Shown here: positions 51,081 through 63,858 of the stretch, piece by piece
Layout of the letters: each line of letters begins with the position of its first letter
Position numbering within the stretch: the stretch's first letter is position 1
Assembly: GCF_018350175.1 (NCBI RefSeq)
Contig: NC_058383.1
Coordinates: 23,810,001 to 23,874,000 of the forward strand
Length of the DNA: 64,000 bases
From: Felis catus
Taxonomy: Eukaryota
Reading direction: 5' to 3'
The notes under the pieces: generated by a model
What the model saw: only the letters and a program-made list of their open reading frames with translations
What the model was told of the DNA's origin: nothing
Databases searched by the model: none
Position numbers and translations under genes: made by a program

Positions 51081-51699
51081 TTAAAAAGTTTTGTTTTGTT
51101 TTAGACCTTTTCTGACATAGAAGCCTGTGCTTATTATCAGCCCCAGACTCATAAACTGGAAACCCAAAAGGCCAGGTCTGGCTAGGCAGAAAGCCTGGGT
51201 CTCCAGTGTCCCTCCAACCCTGGCTATCATCACATAGGGAGAAGTGCATGACTGAGTGAAACCAAAACATCAAGGTAGCAGATCAAAAGCAATTCTCCTA
51301 GAATCGGTCTATTCCAAGATCCCAAGACTGTCTCAGGACAAACAGAAAGGAGCTTGGGCAGTGAGGACGGTCCAATGTTTCTAGAGAGGCAACAGCTGCA
51401 AATGCCACCCCCGCCAGCACTTAGCCGCTAGAGATGACTCCGGCCAGGCCCTAAGCGCTCACCTAGGAGGCGTGGCTGGGGAGGGGGTGGAGCCAGAGAG
51501 GGAGAGGGCGGGGCTACGCAGAATTACAAGCAGGAGAGGGGAGGGACCGGATCCAGAAGGAGGAGCAAGGCCAGTCCCGGAAGGAGAAACCAAGGGGAAG
51601 GCTCAATCCTACCGGTAGGGCCAGAAACAGGGCGGAACCAAAGCAGGGGAGAATCCGGGGTCGGGCTAGGTGTGGGCAGAGCAGAGGGAGAAAGCCTAG

Positions 51700-52230
51700 A
51701 AGGCGGAGGAGGCCTTACGGCTACCTCCTCGGTAACCCCGCCAGGCCAGGCATGAAGCTTGGGCGACCCAGAGGGCGGGGCCAGGGCGGGGCCGTGGCTC
51801 AAGAGGAGGAGCAGAGGCGTGCCCAAGCCTGGGGGGGCAGGGCAGGGACGGAGTCAAGACCCAGGGGGTGGGCCCAAGCCCAGGGGGCGGGGTGTGGCCG
51901 GGGCAGTGGTTCGGGGGCGGGTCCAAGCCCAGAAGGTGAAGCTGGGTAAGAGGAGGCAGTGGCCAGTGGCGCCGGTCAGACATTGGACGGCTGCAGGCCT
52001 ACGAGATGTAGGGCCAGGGCGAGCAGCCCGAGCAGCAGCAGCAGCCCGAGCAGCAACCGTAGGAGTGTTCGCGCGGTGGAGCCGCGGGACCGCCGGCTCG
52101 TAGACCTCACGTATTCCTCGACGACGTCGGCGAAGCGGAACTTGTCTGGCGCATAGCCAAGCTGGGCGCGGGCCTTGGCGATCTGGAAGGTGTGCGTCAC
52201 GGCCACGCTGCGCACCTACGGGGAGGGGGG
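51700..52230. promoter_or_regulatory. CpG/GC-rich patch over the SDR42E2 last exon and proximal 3'UTR
   Basis: High CpG density in 51960-52220, with several GGGCGG boxes and G-runs in 51770-51920. Confidence 0.55.
51976..52215 (-). CDS. SDR42E2: SDR42E2 last coding exon ([23 protein letters not shown]...GLQPSNV*)
   Basis: ctccccgtag|GTGCGC...TGA; 240 nt; carries the 'KAR.QLGY.P' C-terminal signature of extended SDR / 3-beta-HSD-like proteins plus a hydrophobic tail. Position upstream of EEF2K fits SDR42E2. Confidence 0.92.
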   Translation of the reverse strand: MRSVAVTHTFQIAKARAQLGYAPDKFRFADVVEEYVRSTSRRSRGSTARTLLRLLLGLLLLLGLLALALHLVGLQPSNV

Positions 52231-53484
52231 GTAGCAGAGTGGCGGGCCCATGAGGGTGGGAAACACATTCCAACTTGTGTTACCCACAGGGAAGAGAGGG
52301 CAGGGGTTTCCCTTCCTTCGCACATCAGATCCCATGTGCTGCGTCTCGCACCTCCTCAGGGAAGATTTCCTTTCTCCCTTCTCCCATTTTCCTCGAGAGC
52401 GAGGCTTCCAGGAGGCGTTTTCTGCATCTCCCCCACCCTACTGAACTTCTCAGTCCCCCCAAAATGACGGTCCCACCTCTTCACGTCCCTTCCCGGGCTA
52501 GCGGCCTAGCACAGGGCTGGGAGTCAGCAGGTTCTTGGCTATGTTCTAAAAGAAGCTGACCGCCCTGCCCGGGGGCCCCGGGCGCTGCTCTCCGGAAATG
52601 TCCCCAGGAAACACGCTAGGCTTCTCTGGCTACAGCCCCAGGACACAGCCTTCACACCCTCCCTGGTTAAACTTCCCTAAGAGAGGAATTCAATTATGAA
52701 GACATGATTCTCTCCAGCTTCTGGGCTGCCTGGGGCCCCATAGGCTTCAAGGGCAGTACTGACAGTTATGAATAACTGAACAGGCCCTGTGCCTGGCCTG
52801 GGCTAAATCCTTTCTAGGCCTTATCTTATTTAATTCCCTGAGGTGGCACTAACACTGTCTCCTCTTTACAGAGGTTAGATGACTTGCCTAGACTCACAGG
52901 GGAGCCGCATTCCAGGCCCCGCACTTCCTGGCTGTGCTGGGACCGGAGAGAGGATGCCCTCCCACCTCAGGTCTTCCTCTGTTGTTCCTCATCCGGACAC
53001 TTGGAGGGGGTCTGAGAGAATGGCTTGATTCTCCCATGGCACTGAAACAGCCCCTCTGGCCAAGCTGCTGGTCTTGGATACTCGTGGGAGAGGGGAGAGG
53101 CCAGTCTTGTTCCTTTTTGCCCCAGGTAGTAAGTTCAAGGCTGTGGGGGACACAGCTGGGAACTAGATCAGCAAGGTCCTGGACACAGTGCTCTCAGATC
53201 TCAGGCTTAGATGTTACCTTACTTTGGGAAGTCTCCCTAACTGCCTCAGACCTAGCTCAGGTGCCCCTTCTGTGTGCTCTGAAGTTCCTCATAATTTCCT
53301 TCAGTATAGGCCTTATACTGTGTTAGGTTTCCCGGTTGTCTTCCCCTTTGGACTGTGAGGTATTCGAGGTAAGGGCTGTGTCTTGCCTTAGTTACTCCGC
53401 ACAGTTCCTGGCACACATTAGGGGCTCAAAAAATGTTGAATGAATCGGACTGTAACTAGAGAGCTGGTTGGGTATGTCACAGTT

Positions 53485-53503
53485 TGACCAGCAGAGGGCG
53501 CCA
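53485..53503 (+). promoter_or_regulatory. CTCF-binding motif in the last SDR42E2 intron
   Basis: TGACCAGCAGAGGGCGCCA, a very close match to the CTCF core consensus. Motif only; binding not shown. Confidence 0.7.
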
Positions 53504-54699
53504 GAGCCATAGTGCCCAGAAACTTCCTTAGCTAAGTAGGGATCCTTTGCCCCTTAGCTGAACAAGGAAACTTACAAGTGAAACAAGGAGGGGAGCTAAG
53601 TCCCTTCCGCAATTCAGCAGCGACTTGGCAACTAATTTACATTAATGTGATTCCTGATTCGCTTTGAGCTTGAAATCATTTAGGTCTGGTCTGGGTTCAA
53701 ATGCCAGCTCTGCTTCTTAAGTGCATGTTCATGGGCAGGTTTTTTCACCCCTGTGTGTCTCATTTCCTCTGTAAATGAAGGCAACAATCTACAATTTCGA
53801 GTAGCATTGAAAACTAAATGATATAAAGCACAACACCTGGCATATCATCACCACTCAGTAGATGGCCACTATTGTCATTTTTCTTTTTCCTCTGCTAGTC
53901 TGGATAGTTCAAAGGAGAAACCACAGGGAAGTGCTTCTTGCTGTGGCCCATTCCCTATCCTCTGAGTTAAACAGCACTGAGCTTGGAGTATGAAGTCAAT
54001 TCCCAAACTGTGTGACCTTGGACAAGCACTAACTTCTCCAGTGTTCAGTTTCTTATAAAGTTCAGTTTCTTATCATAAAACACCATCATAATCTCTTGCC
54101 CTTCCTAACTTAGCAGGACATCAGAGAGAATCAAATGCAGAGTGAACTGGAAGGATTTTGCAAGTAATGCCAAACACTACTATTTACAACCTGCCTTAAA
54201 ACATCCTCTCTTTTAAACTGTATGTACAAAGAGAAATCTGCATCATCATTTGGGAATAGTATTCTGTACACAGTAGGCACTTGTATACTTATTATTCAGT
54301 AAGCGTGAACGGTGAACCTAGAACCACCAGGTTCTGTGTGCATGTGTCTCGAGTGTCGGTGGCACTGGTGGGGAGTGTTGGCATATTCAAAAATGTGAAT
54401 GTCACAGAACCTGTCTTTGGGAGCTTCCGGTCTGGCAGCGAAGATAAGCTGCTTATGAATGAATGACAGGGATGAGGGACAGGCTCAGAGCTAATCACAT
54501 TTCAGACCAAGAAAGCACAGCCTAAGCAAAAGCCCAGAGGCTGGGATGATTGTAAAAAGCTAGCACTAGATTTGGGCCCACAAGGAAGGTTCTGAGACTT
54601 CAGACAAGGATCCAGTTATGGTGTCCAATGGGTGAGGGGTGCTGGCGGTGGGTCTGTGGTGCAGGGCACCCCCCCCCCCCCCACCAGTAGCCCACCTAC

Positions 54700-54773
54700 C
54701 TCGCTCCGGGTGAGCAGTGGTTGGACGCTGCAGATGGGCCTCAAGGCCAGGTGCACATACTCCATCACCGCAG
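54700..54773 (-). CDS. SDR42E2: SDR42E2 exon ((A)[24 protein letters not shown])
   Basis: ccccacag|CTGCGG...AGCGAG|gtaggt; 74 nt; phase 1 to 0, consistent with neighbours. Confidence 0.92.
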
Positions 54774-56092
54774 CTGTGGGGGGAGAGAAGGGCCAGTGAC
54801 CAGGGGGCCTTGCTCTGCAAGCTCTGGGGAGACCCTCGGGGACAAATGAGTTGGGGGCATTATTTGCTTTGCTAGGGGGAGTCTCTTCATTTTGCAAAAT
54901 TCTCCTGTCCCTGGGTTCCTTTAGATCAGCAGTTGTCAGCTTGTGCCGGGGAGGTGGGGGTGGGGGCTTGTTTGGCTGTGAAATGTGTCACAAGTACGTT
55001 GTTATTATTAAAGGACTGACATTTGAAAACAAATCAGAGCAGATTCAGAGTTATCTCAAATCATGTCTCCTCCACCCCCCCCCCCTCACTTCTATTCCAA
55101 TGTGGTCTCTCGAGTAGGAGAGAAAGAAGTTGCAACGGTGGTTCTCAACGGGACCACTTTTAAAAATGCTCATGCTTCCCCCACCCCCTTGCTCTTGCTG
55201 ATGCTGATGTAATTGGTCTGGGATGCGGCTGAGGCATTTTTATGTTTTATAAGCTCCCAGGTGATTCTAATAGGAACACAATACAATCCTATATAACTGC
55301 TAGAACCTGTAGCTGCTCTTTCCCCAGCTGGGGGGTCAAAGAGTGTCAATCATTGTGGCAACGCTGTGCGTGAGAAGTCACCCCACGTGTGGCCTAGTGG
55401 GCATAAGTTTGTAAATCCCTGCTTTAAATGTCAAGCACCCCAATGCATTTAAAATACAACAGATCTAGCTAAGATTTTCCAGGAACGCAGCTCTTCGTGT
55501 CATGAGGATCACTGGTCCCCCTCGGGCTGACCACTCCATGCCTGATGTCTGCATTCCGGCTGGAAGGAGGCCCGCAGAGGTGATGATGGGGGGTGCGGAT
55601 GAGAGTAGAGACTGAGCTTCAGGGTGCGGAGGAAGCTCCACCTGCGCCGAGGCAGACTTCTCTTCAGCCCCAGGGCCCCCTGTCCCCCTGACTGGCGTGA
55701 TGCCTTCCAAGATGGGCCACAGGACTGGGTGTGGGTTTTGAAGTCAGCCAAGCCCGGGTGTGAACCTGCCTCTCCCGCTTTCTCACCGTGGCTCCATGAG
55801 CAGGTCACTAACCTCTCAGGGCCTCAGAGGCCTCATCTTTACTTGGGTCCAATCATACCCACCTAGAAAGTAGGATAGGGTTTATTCAGGGTCAGGACTA
55901 TGGCAAGGAGGTTGCCAGGCAAATGCAGATCGGGCTTGGAGCACCTGACCCCTGAGAGTGACGGTCTCCTTAGATTTTGTGCCCTCAGTGCCTCACTCGT
56001 CTCCACCTAGTCCTGGCCCTGGGCTTGAAATAAGGTGATGCATGTGCACCTGGTACATGGAGGGCTTGTAATACACACACCCCTTTCCTTAC

Positions 56093-56156
56093 CTGTTAGG
56101 TAAACCCAGGAAGTGGGCACCTGGATCCAGGGCTGGCTGTACCCTAGCTTCTCAAA
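56093..56156 (-). CDS. SDR42E2: SDR42E2 exon ([21 protein letters not shown])
   Basis: ccttgcag|TTTGAG...CTAACAG|gtaagg; 64 nt; phase 0 to 1. Confidence 0.92.
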
Positions 56157-56599
56157 CTGCAAGGAAACATGGCCTGAGATGAGAAATGGCCTTTCAGGGG
56201 CTGGTGTGGAAAGGCCACATGTTCCCTTTGCCCTCTGTAGAGGTACCACCCGGCCCTCTGCCTGCCCACCCAAGAGGGCAAACCCAGCAGCCAGCCCCAA
56301 CCCTGTGCCAGTCTTGAAATGGAAAGCTTTGATCTAGAAAAATCAAGCAGGGCATGGATGCATGGGTAGGTTTTTAACCTGGGATCATTCACATCATTTA
56401 GTTATTATTTCCATCTGCCTACACCCAAAGACATTCCAAGGCACTTAACGTAAAACCTAATTTTTCTAGAATTGACTTTTCTGCTATTAAGGGATAATAA
56501 TAAAAAAATCCGGCATGTGTGTGGAGGGTGGTAGGAGATGCATGAAGAGATAGGCTGGCACAAGGTGAAGTCTTCACTTGTATAAAAACTGTCTGGGTC

Positions 56600-57212
56600 A
56601 CAAGAAAAAACAAAAAAACAAAAAACAAAAAAATGGCAATAACAAGTGTTGGCAAAGATATGGAGGAATGGAACCCTGTTACACTGGTTTTGGAAATGTA
56701 AAATGGTGCAGCCACTTTGGAAAACAGCCTGGCAGTTCCTCAAAAGGTTAAACAGAGATACCACATGATCCGACAATTCCACTCCTAGGTAAACACCCAA
56801 GGGAAATGAAAACGTACGTCCACAAAAAACGTATACAATCTTATTCATAATAGCCCCAAAGTCAAGAAAGCCCAACTTCTATCAACTGATGGATGGATAA
56901 ACAAAATGTGGTCTATCCCTGGAATAGAATATTTTTTGGCAGTAAAAAAAGAATGAATACTGATATGATGCAGGCTACGCATGAACTTTGAACTCATGAT
57001 GCTAAATGAAAGAAGCCTAACACAAAAGTTCACATACTGTACGATTCCATCTATACGAAATGTCCAGAATAGGCAAATCTATAGAAACAGAGAGTAGACT
57101 CGTGGCTGTGTAGGGCTTTGGGGTGATGGTTGCACAACTCCAAATATACTAAAAACCAGTGAATTATGTGCTTTAAATAGGTGAATCGAACAGTATATGC
57201 TCAATAAAGCTG
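56600..57212 (+). mobile_element. L1MB-type 3' fragment
   Basis: aacaagtgttggcaa, aaatggtgcagccactttggaaaacag, aggcaaatctatagaaacaga. Confidence 0.85.
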
Positions 57213-57491
57213 TTGACATTGACATGTCTGCATGCCCCACAGATGGATCCTCTAGCAGAGGGGTTGTGGTCGACCTCTTCCAGGCAGGCCTGGCCCCAAG
57301 AAGGAGTCTGCAGGGTGCTGGGTGTGGAGGCCAGGGTTCTCGGAGGGGCTGCAGCACAGGAAGCCCCAGGGCTAACAGCTTCCTTCGACTTCAGTCTACC
57401 TTCCACTTACCCCTTACACAGCTTCATCACATAGTATGGGGGCATCATGAGCAAACTTCCACAGGGCAAGTCGACATAAATCAGGAATCAG

Positions 57492-57847
57492 GGAGCAGCT
57501 GAGTGGTTCAGTCAGTTGAGCGTCTGAGTCTTGATTTCAGCTCAGGTCATGATCTTATGGTTTGGTTCATGAGATTGAGCCCCACATTGGGCTCCACGCT
57601 GACAGCATCGAACCAGCTTGGGGTTCTCTCTCTCCCTCTCTCTCTCTGCCCCTAAGCCTGCTTGGGATTTTTCTCCCTCTCTCTCTCTCAATCAAAATAA
57701 ATAAATAAACTTAAAAAAAATTAGGGGGCACCTGGGTGTCTCAGTCAGTTAAGCATCCAACTCTTGGTTTGGGCTCAGGTCATGATCCCAGGGTCATGGG
57801 ATTGAATTCCACCTCAGGCTCCATGCTGAGTATGGAGACTGCTTGGG

Positions 57848-57895
<48 letters not shown>

Positions 57896-57948
57896 CCTCT
57901 CCTGTGCTCTCTCTCATAAAATAATTTTTAAACATTAAAAAAAAAAAT
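57492..57948 (+). mobile_element. Two tandem carnivore SINEs
   Basis: Heads at ~57492 and ~57724. Confidence 0.85.
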
Positions 57949-58152
57949 CAAGAATCAGACTGGGAGAGGCTAAGGCAAACCAGGAGAGTACATGGTCCCC
58001 CAAAGGGGGAGCCACAACCCAGCTCCAGCCAGTTCCAATGTTGCCCAGTGGACACTATTGCTAGAGCTGTTTTTCAATGTGAAATCTTCCGATTTTCCGG
58101 AAGTAGGAAAGGATGACAAGGAGAGGAGATGTGCAGAATCCTTTAATTCTCA

Positions 58153-58521
<369 letters not shown>

Positions 58522-58793
58522 CTATTGTGAAGAGTAAATGTGACAGCATAGGTAAAATGCTTAGCATTTGGTTACCATTAGTTCAGGATCCACAACACCT
58601 ACATCACAGGGTTACCGCAAGGAGTTAGCGATGCCCTATAAAGACACCCCACCCCTAGCTTCCCTGGGCCCACAGTCCCACCGGCCATCTTGAGTTGGGG
58701 AGAAATGTGTGTGAGCCAGGAACCCCCTAGGGATGGGGCACCCTGCCTGCCGTCTGCTGGGGGGAGGTGGGGACAGCATGGCAGGAGACTTAC

Positions 58794-58931
58794 AGCTACA
58801 TAGCCCTTGGCCACGGTGAGGGCCTCGGCTGCCAACACGTGTGCCTGAACCAGATTGCGCACGTGGACCCAGTTCATCTGTGTCCTGCGGTCCCCAAATC
58901 GGAACATGAATAGTCTCTTCTTGATGTGGCT
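58794..58931 (-). CDS. SDR42E2: SDR42E2 exon ([46 protein letters not shown])
   Basis: ctctccag|AGCCAC...GTAGCT|gtaagt; 138 nt; 'NWVHV.NLVQAH.LAA' extended-SDR motif. Confidence 0.94.
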
Positions 58932-58979
58932 CTGGAGAGGGTGATAAACACAAACCCAAGTCTGGAGTGGCTTTGAATA

Positions 58980-59900
58980 CCATTTATATGATGATGGCTC
59001 CCAAATTTCTAGCTCCAGGCCAGACCTAGGTCCCGACGCCTCCATGTCCTGGAGCGTGCGCCTGACCTTCTAGCTCCTGTTCACCATCCCCCGCCAGGCC
59101 CCCCACATCTTACTAGAGAGCACTCTGTGGCTCAGGCTGAAACCCTGGAGCCTCTGCTGGCCTTCCCTTCTCTCCACTCCACATCCAAGCCACCTGCAAA
59201 CCCAATGGACTCAACTATTAGAATCTGTCCAGAATCCAACCACTTCTCATGGCTGTGACCGCTGCCCGGCTTCTATACCTGGACACCGAAATAGCTTCCT
59301 AGCTGCTTCGGCTTCCACCCATGGTCCTTGCTGCTGTTCTCCACACAGCCAGCGTGATCCTTCTGAATTTGAAGTCAGATCCTATGTCTCCCTGCTCAGG
59401 GTCTTTCAGATGCCCACTGCCAAGTTGAAGGCCAAAGTCCTGACAACGGCTCAGGAGGCCCTTCTGACCTGGTCCCAGCTACTCTCAGACTTCATCTCCT
59501 ACTAACTCCCTTGTGCACCCAGCTCCTGCCACATGGCCTCCTCCTGGAATGTGCAGCAGGCTCCCATCTCGGGGCCTGCCCCTGCCTGGAAGGTCCTCCC
59601 CTAAACACTCGTGTGGTGCACCCTGCCAGCTCCTTCAAGGTGAAGAAGCCTCAAGGTTCCCCTGTCCCCTGCTCGATGAGACTCCCTGGCTGCCTGTGCG
59701 CCCAGCTCCCACACCTTGCTCCCCCGTCCTCTTTCTCCATCGTACCCGGCACCTTCGAACACTCTTTATCATTTATCATGCGTATTATCCATCTCCTCCT
59801 GTGAAAATATAAGCCCCACAAGGATAGGAATCATTGTCTGCTTTGTTCACTGATCTGTCCCGAAGCCTGGAATAGTGATCTTTCTAATTTCCAGGTTTGT
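58980..59900 (+). mobile_element. Degraded L2
   Basis: atggctcccaaatttctagctccag, tccagaatccaaccacttctca, gtctgctttgttcactg. Confidence 0.65.
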
Positions 59901-60475
59901 ACCCAAGCTGGCTGTTCTATTTGGACCACCTTCTCTCTACCACCCCATTTCCTTGGTTAATTCTTTCTTCTCTTTCCAAACAGCATAGGCATCACTACCT
60001 CCAGGAAGTCCTCCTGGACTGCCCCTACCAGGTCGTCTCTGCTGTGCTCCCACATTCTCCTTCTTTCCTCCACATAGCCCTTACCACACTGACTCTGTGA
60101 CTGTGGCATCCATCTCCCTGACGTGGCTGTGAGAAATGTGAGGACAGGGCCTCCAGTCCCTCATAGCTATACTGCTGGCACCTGGCTTTCTCTGGAGAGA
60201 GGCTTTCTATATGGCAGCACGAGATGAGCCATCTGGCCATCTTTGAGCCCACATCTGAGTAGGGACGGTAGGCTCCCTCTGCCTCTTTGGGGTCATAGCT
60301 CTGTGTCTCTCCAACCTGTGCGTAACCCTGGCTGGCACACACTGAGACCTTTGTTCCTCGTGGGTCTGATAGGGGTAGGGACATCTCCCAGAACTAAGAG
60401 TCCCAGGCTCAGGACATTGCCCCAAGACTGACACAGTGACTGTAGACTGGAAGAGCCCCATCCATGCACACATCA

Positions 60476-60733
<258 letters not shown>

Positions 60734-61139
60734 TCATTGAATTATTCTCAGTCCATCAGTCAGTCATTTAACAAACAGCGTTGAGGGGTTCCCCAACCTC
60801 TCCCCCTTGCACTGGGCCCTGGGATGGATGCTGTGGAGAACCCAAGGATGACCAAGAAATGGTCCCTGCCCTCATGATGCTCACGGGCCAGTAACAGAGG
60901 TAAGACTGAGATGCAGATATGTACGTGGCCCATGACAGTTCAGTCAGCACTTGGCAGACATAATCTCTTTGGCTCCCCTGAGAGTCCTACTGTGCCCATT
61001 TTACAGATGCACAGAGAGACCCTCACTCCATTGTGCCAATAGCTGTAGCTCTTTCCTTTTTCTGATCATCAGCTAGATAAGGACTCTGGTGGCTCTCAGG
61101 GAGAGCCTACTATGTGCCTGGTGCTCTGGTAAGCCAGGT

Positions 61140-61350
61140 TTTTGTTTTTTTTTTTTTAATGTCTGTTTATTTATTTTTGAGAGACGGAGAGAGACAGTGT
61201 GAGTGGGAGAGGGGCAGAGAGAAAAGGAGACACAGAGTCTGAAGCAGGCTCCAGGCTCTGAGTTATCAGCTCAGGGCCTGATGCGGGGCCCGAACCCATA
61301 AACTGTGATGAAGTCTGAGGATTAACCAACTGAGCCACCCAGGTGCCCCC
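61140..61350 (-). mobile_element. Carnivore SINE
   Basis: Reverse head and tail. Confidence 0.88.
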
Positions 61351-62494
61351 AGGGTTTTTTCCTTCAAGGCAACCCCATGAGGTGAGAACTGTTACTATCC
61401 CTGCTTCTGGATCAAAGAACCAAGCCTCAGAGAAGGGACGCGATTTGCCTAAGGGCACACAGCTCAGCCCAGGAGAGATGAGATGGGGGACCAAAGCCCA
61501 GGTTCTGATGCTACAAACGGACTCTGTGTTTCTGCTCACGCAGCCTTGGTCTCCTTGGAAAATGGGTGCTTTGTAAGTAGTGGTAGCGATTGTACTTTTC
61601 AGGCAATCAGTGGAGAAGGGAAGAGACTGGAGCCATCCGCACAAGAGCCTGGAGGCTGTCCCCCTCACTCTCACTGCTCTGTGCCAGCAGAGTCCCCCAG
61701 ACCAACAGGGAGCTTGGTCCAGAGCCCCCCAACTTCTCTGGCACGGGTCTCCCCACATTGATGGAAGCAGTAAGCGAGTCTCCTCTGGAGAAGTCTGGGG
61801 GTACAGCCTGGAGGCTGCCACAGACATATGTCTGTCAAGTCTTAAGAAACCCTACAAAAATTTCAGTTTATCTCATAATCTATTTAAGATTTAAAAAAAT
61901 TTTTTTAAATTACTTATTTGTAAATTATTTGACTTTCAATCCCAACCCCTGGAGATGGAACCTTCTGGAAGATGTTCCTACTCTCCTGAGGCTCAGGTTC
62001 CCCAAGGGACCACACCCCAGTTTGGGAAGCCCCAGTGTACCTCGTCCTCTGGGACCAGAAGCCCACCTTCCTTTGGGGGTCCCTCCCCCTCTGCACAAGG
62101 TCTTAGGGGACCATCAGTCTAGATGCACCAGATGTGTCACTCTCCTTTGAGGTGGTGGCCACGGGACCCAAGCTGGGCTAGTGACATGTTCTCACCCAGG
62201 AACGTGACTCTCGGTATCACTGACACCGGGCTCTAAAATCCTCAGAGTGGGTTCACCCTGAAGAGACTGGTCACCAGCTCCTGCCACCCAGGTCCCCGGA
62301 GCTGCCCCAACCCTGTCCTATTTGCAAGCTCTGGTGATCATTTTTCTGCAAATATATTTTCCAGAAGCTATCCCACATCCTTCTGTAGTTAAGTTCCTTT
62401 TCCTCGCAAACTTTGCCAGGGCCAGTGTCCTGGGTCATAGCCAAACACCCTGACTGCCTCTCCACCAATATCCTCACTTTACAATGAGGCCAGT

Positions 62495-62850
62495 GCAGCA
62501 GACTGAGTGGTAGCCCCAGAAAAGATATGCCCACATCCCGGAACATGTGGATATGACCTTATTTGGACGAGGGCCTTTGCAGATACAATTAAGGCTCTCA
62601 AAATGAGATCATCCTGGATTATGCTGGTGAGCCCCAAATCCAGTGTCAAGTATCCCTTATAAGAGACTCACACAGAAGAGACACATGAACCGCAAGGAAT
62701 GAGTGGGGCCATAAGCTGGGAAATGATTCTCCCATAGAGCCTCCTACAGGAAGTGCAGCCCAAGCCACACTTTGGTCTCTAACATCTGGCTGTAAACCAC
62801 AAGAGAAGACCTTTCAGTTTTAAGCCACCAAGTTTGTGGTCATTTGTCCC
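62495..62850. mobile_element. MLT1-type LTR
   Basis: atgaccttatttgga...tttgcagat...gagatcatcctggatta...tttaagccaccaagtttgtggtcatttgt. Confidence 0.75.
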
Positions 62851-63858
62851 ATCACACTGAGCTGAGATCTGCACTCTCAGGGCTCTGCTTCAGGGACCAG
62901 GGCTCTCCTTGCCGGATTACAGGCAGAGTCTCAGGGACCAGCTTGTGTTAGCAGGGACTGGAAATCACCCAGCGTGACCACGGTTGGACTCCTGGAAGGC
63001 AGGTATCAGGTGAGCTTTTCTGTAAGCAGACTGCAGCTAATTTTAAACTCTGGGTCACCTGGGCATGGTCAGGGGAGCGGCGGGGAGGTCAGGTTTCAGC
63101 TGACATTGACTGGCGGGGCACTGGGCAGCCACGTCACAGAGGGGCAGGGCCCAGGGTATCCATGACTCCCGACCACGAAGAGCTGGGGATGCTCGTATAA
63201 ATAATTCTTGTCCAAAGGATTAAGTGTCTGTTTTGCAGGCTGCTGGTCCGGCCATGGAAGGCTCCAGGCAGAAAAGACAGTTCAACCGCACAGGGTCAAC
63301 CCCCTGGGAAAACACAGCCGGATGTATGTTCCCACTGGGATCAGGGGTCAAGGCCTGACAGGCCCAGGGTGCCAGGATGGAGTGGGAGGATTTTAGGGAA
63401 AAGAGCCTGTGCTCAGTGGCCTGCTCAGCTGTGGCTGCAGTGAAGCATGATGGTTCAGGTCCAGGCTCTGGTGTTAGACGCCCCCTGGAGTAGGGGTGGG
63501 GTGTTCAAATCCCACCTCTGCCACCTAATAGCCAGGTGACCTTAGCTAAGTCAGTTCAGCTCTCAGCCTTAGCCTCCTCCCCTGTAAATCTGGGGATTAT
63601 AATTGCAACCAGCCCTCACTCTCCAAATCTACTTGGCTCCTGAGTTTAGATACTTAAGGTAGTAAGAGAAACCAAGTTTTCTGATTCTTTTTTAGTTTCT
63701 GAATTTCAGAAAGCAGAAAGTGATCACTTGAAGAGCAAGGGATATATCTAAATCTATCTGGCTCCTGAGTTTGGAAAGCAGGGGATCCTTAGGATTCTTA
63801 GCTCATATGGATGCTGTAAAGAATTACTGAGACCTTTGCATATAAAATTAGCATGTAA

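Noticed and set aside
61171..62150. 218-aa and 186-aa ORFs in the SDR42E2 intron
   Set aside because: Run through SINE/MIR-like sequence, with no SDR motifs and no consistent splice phase.
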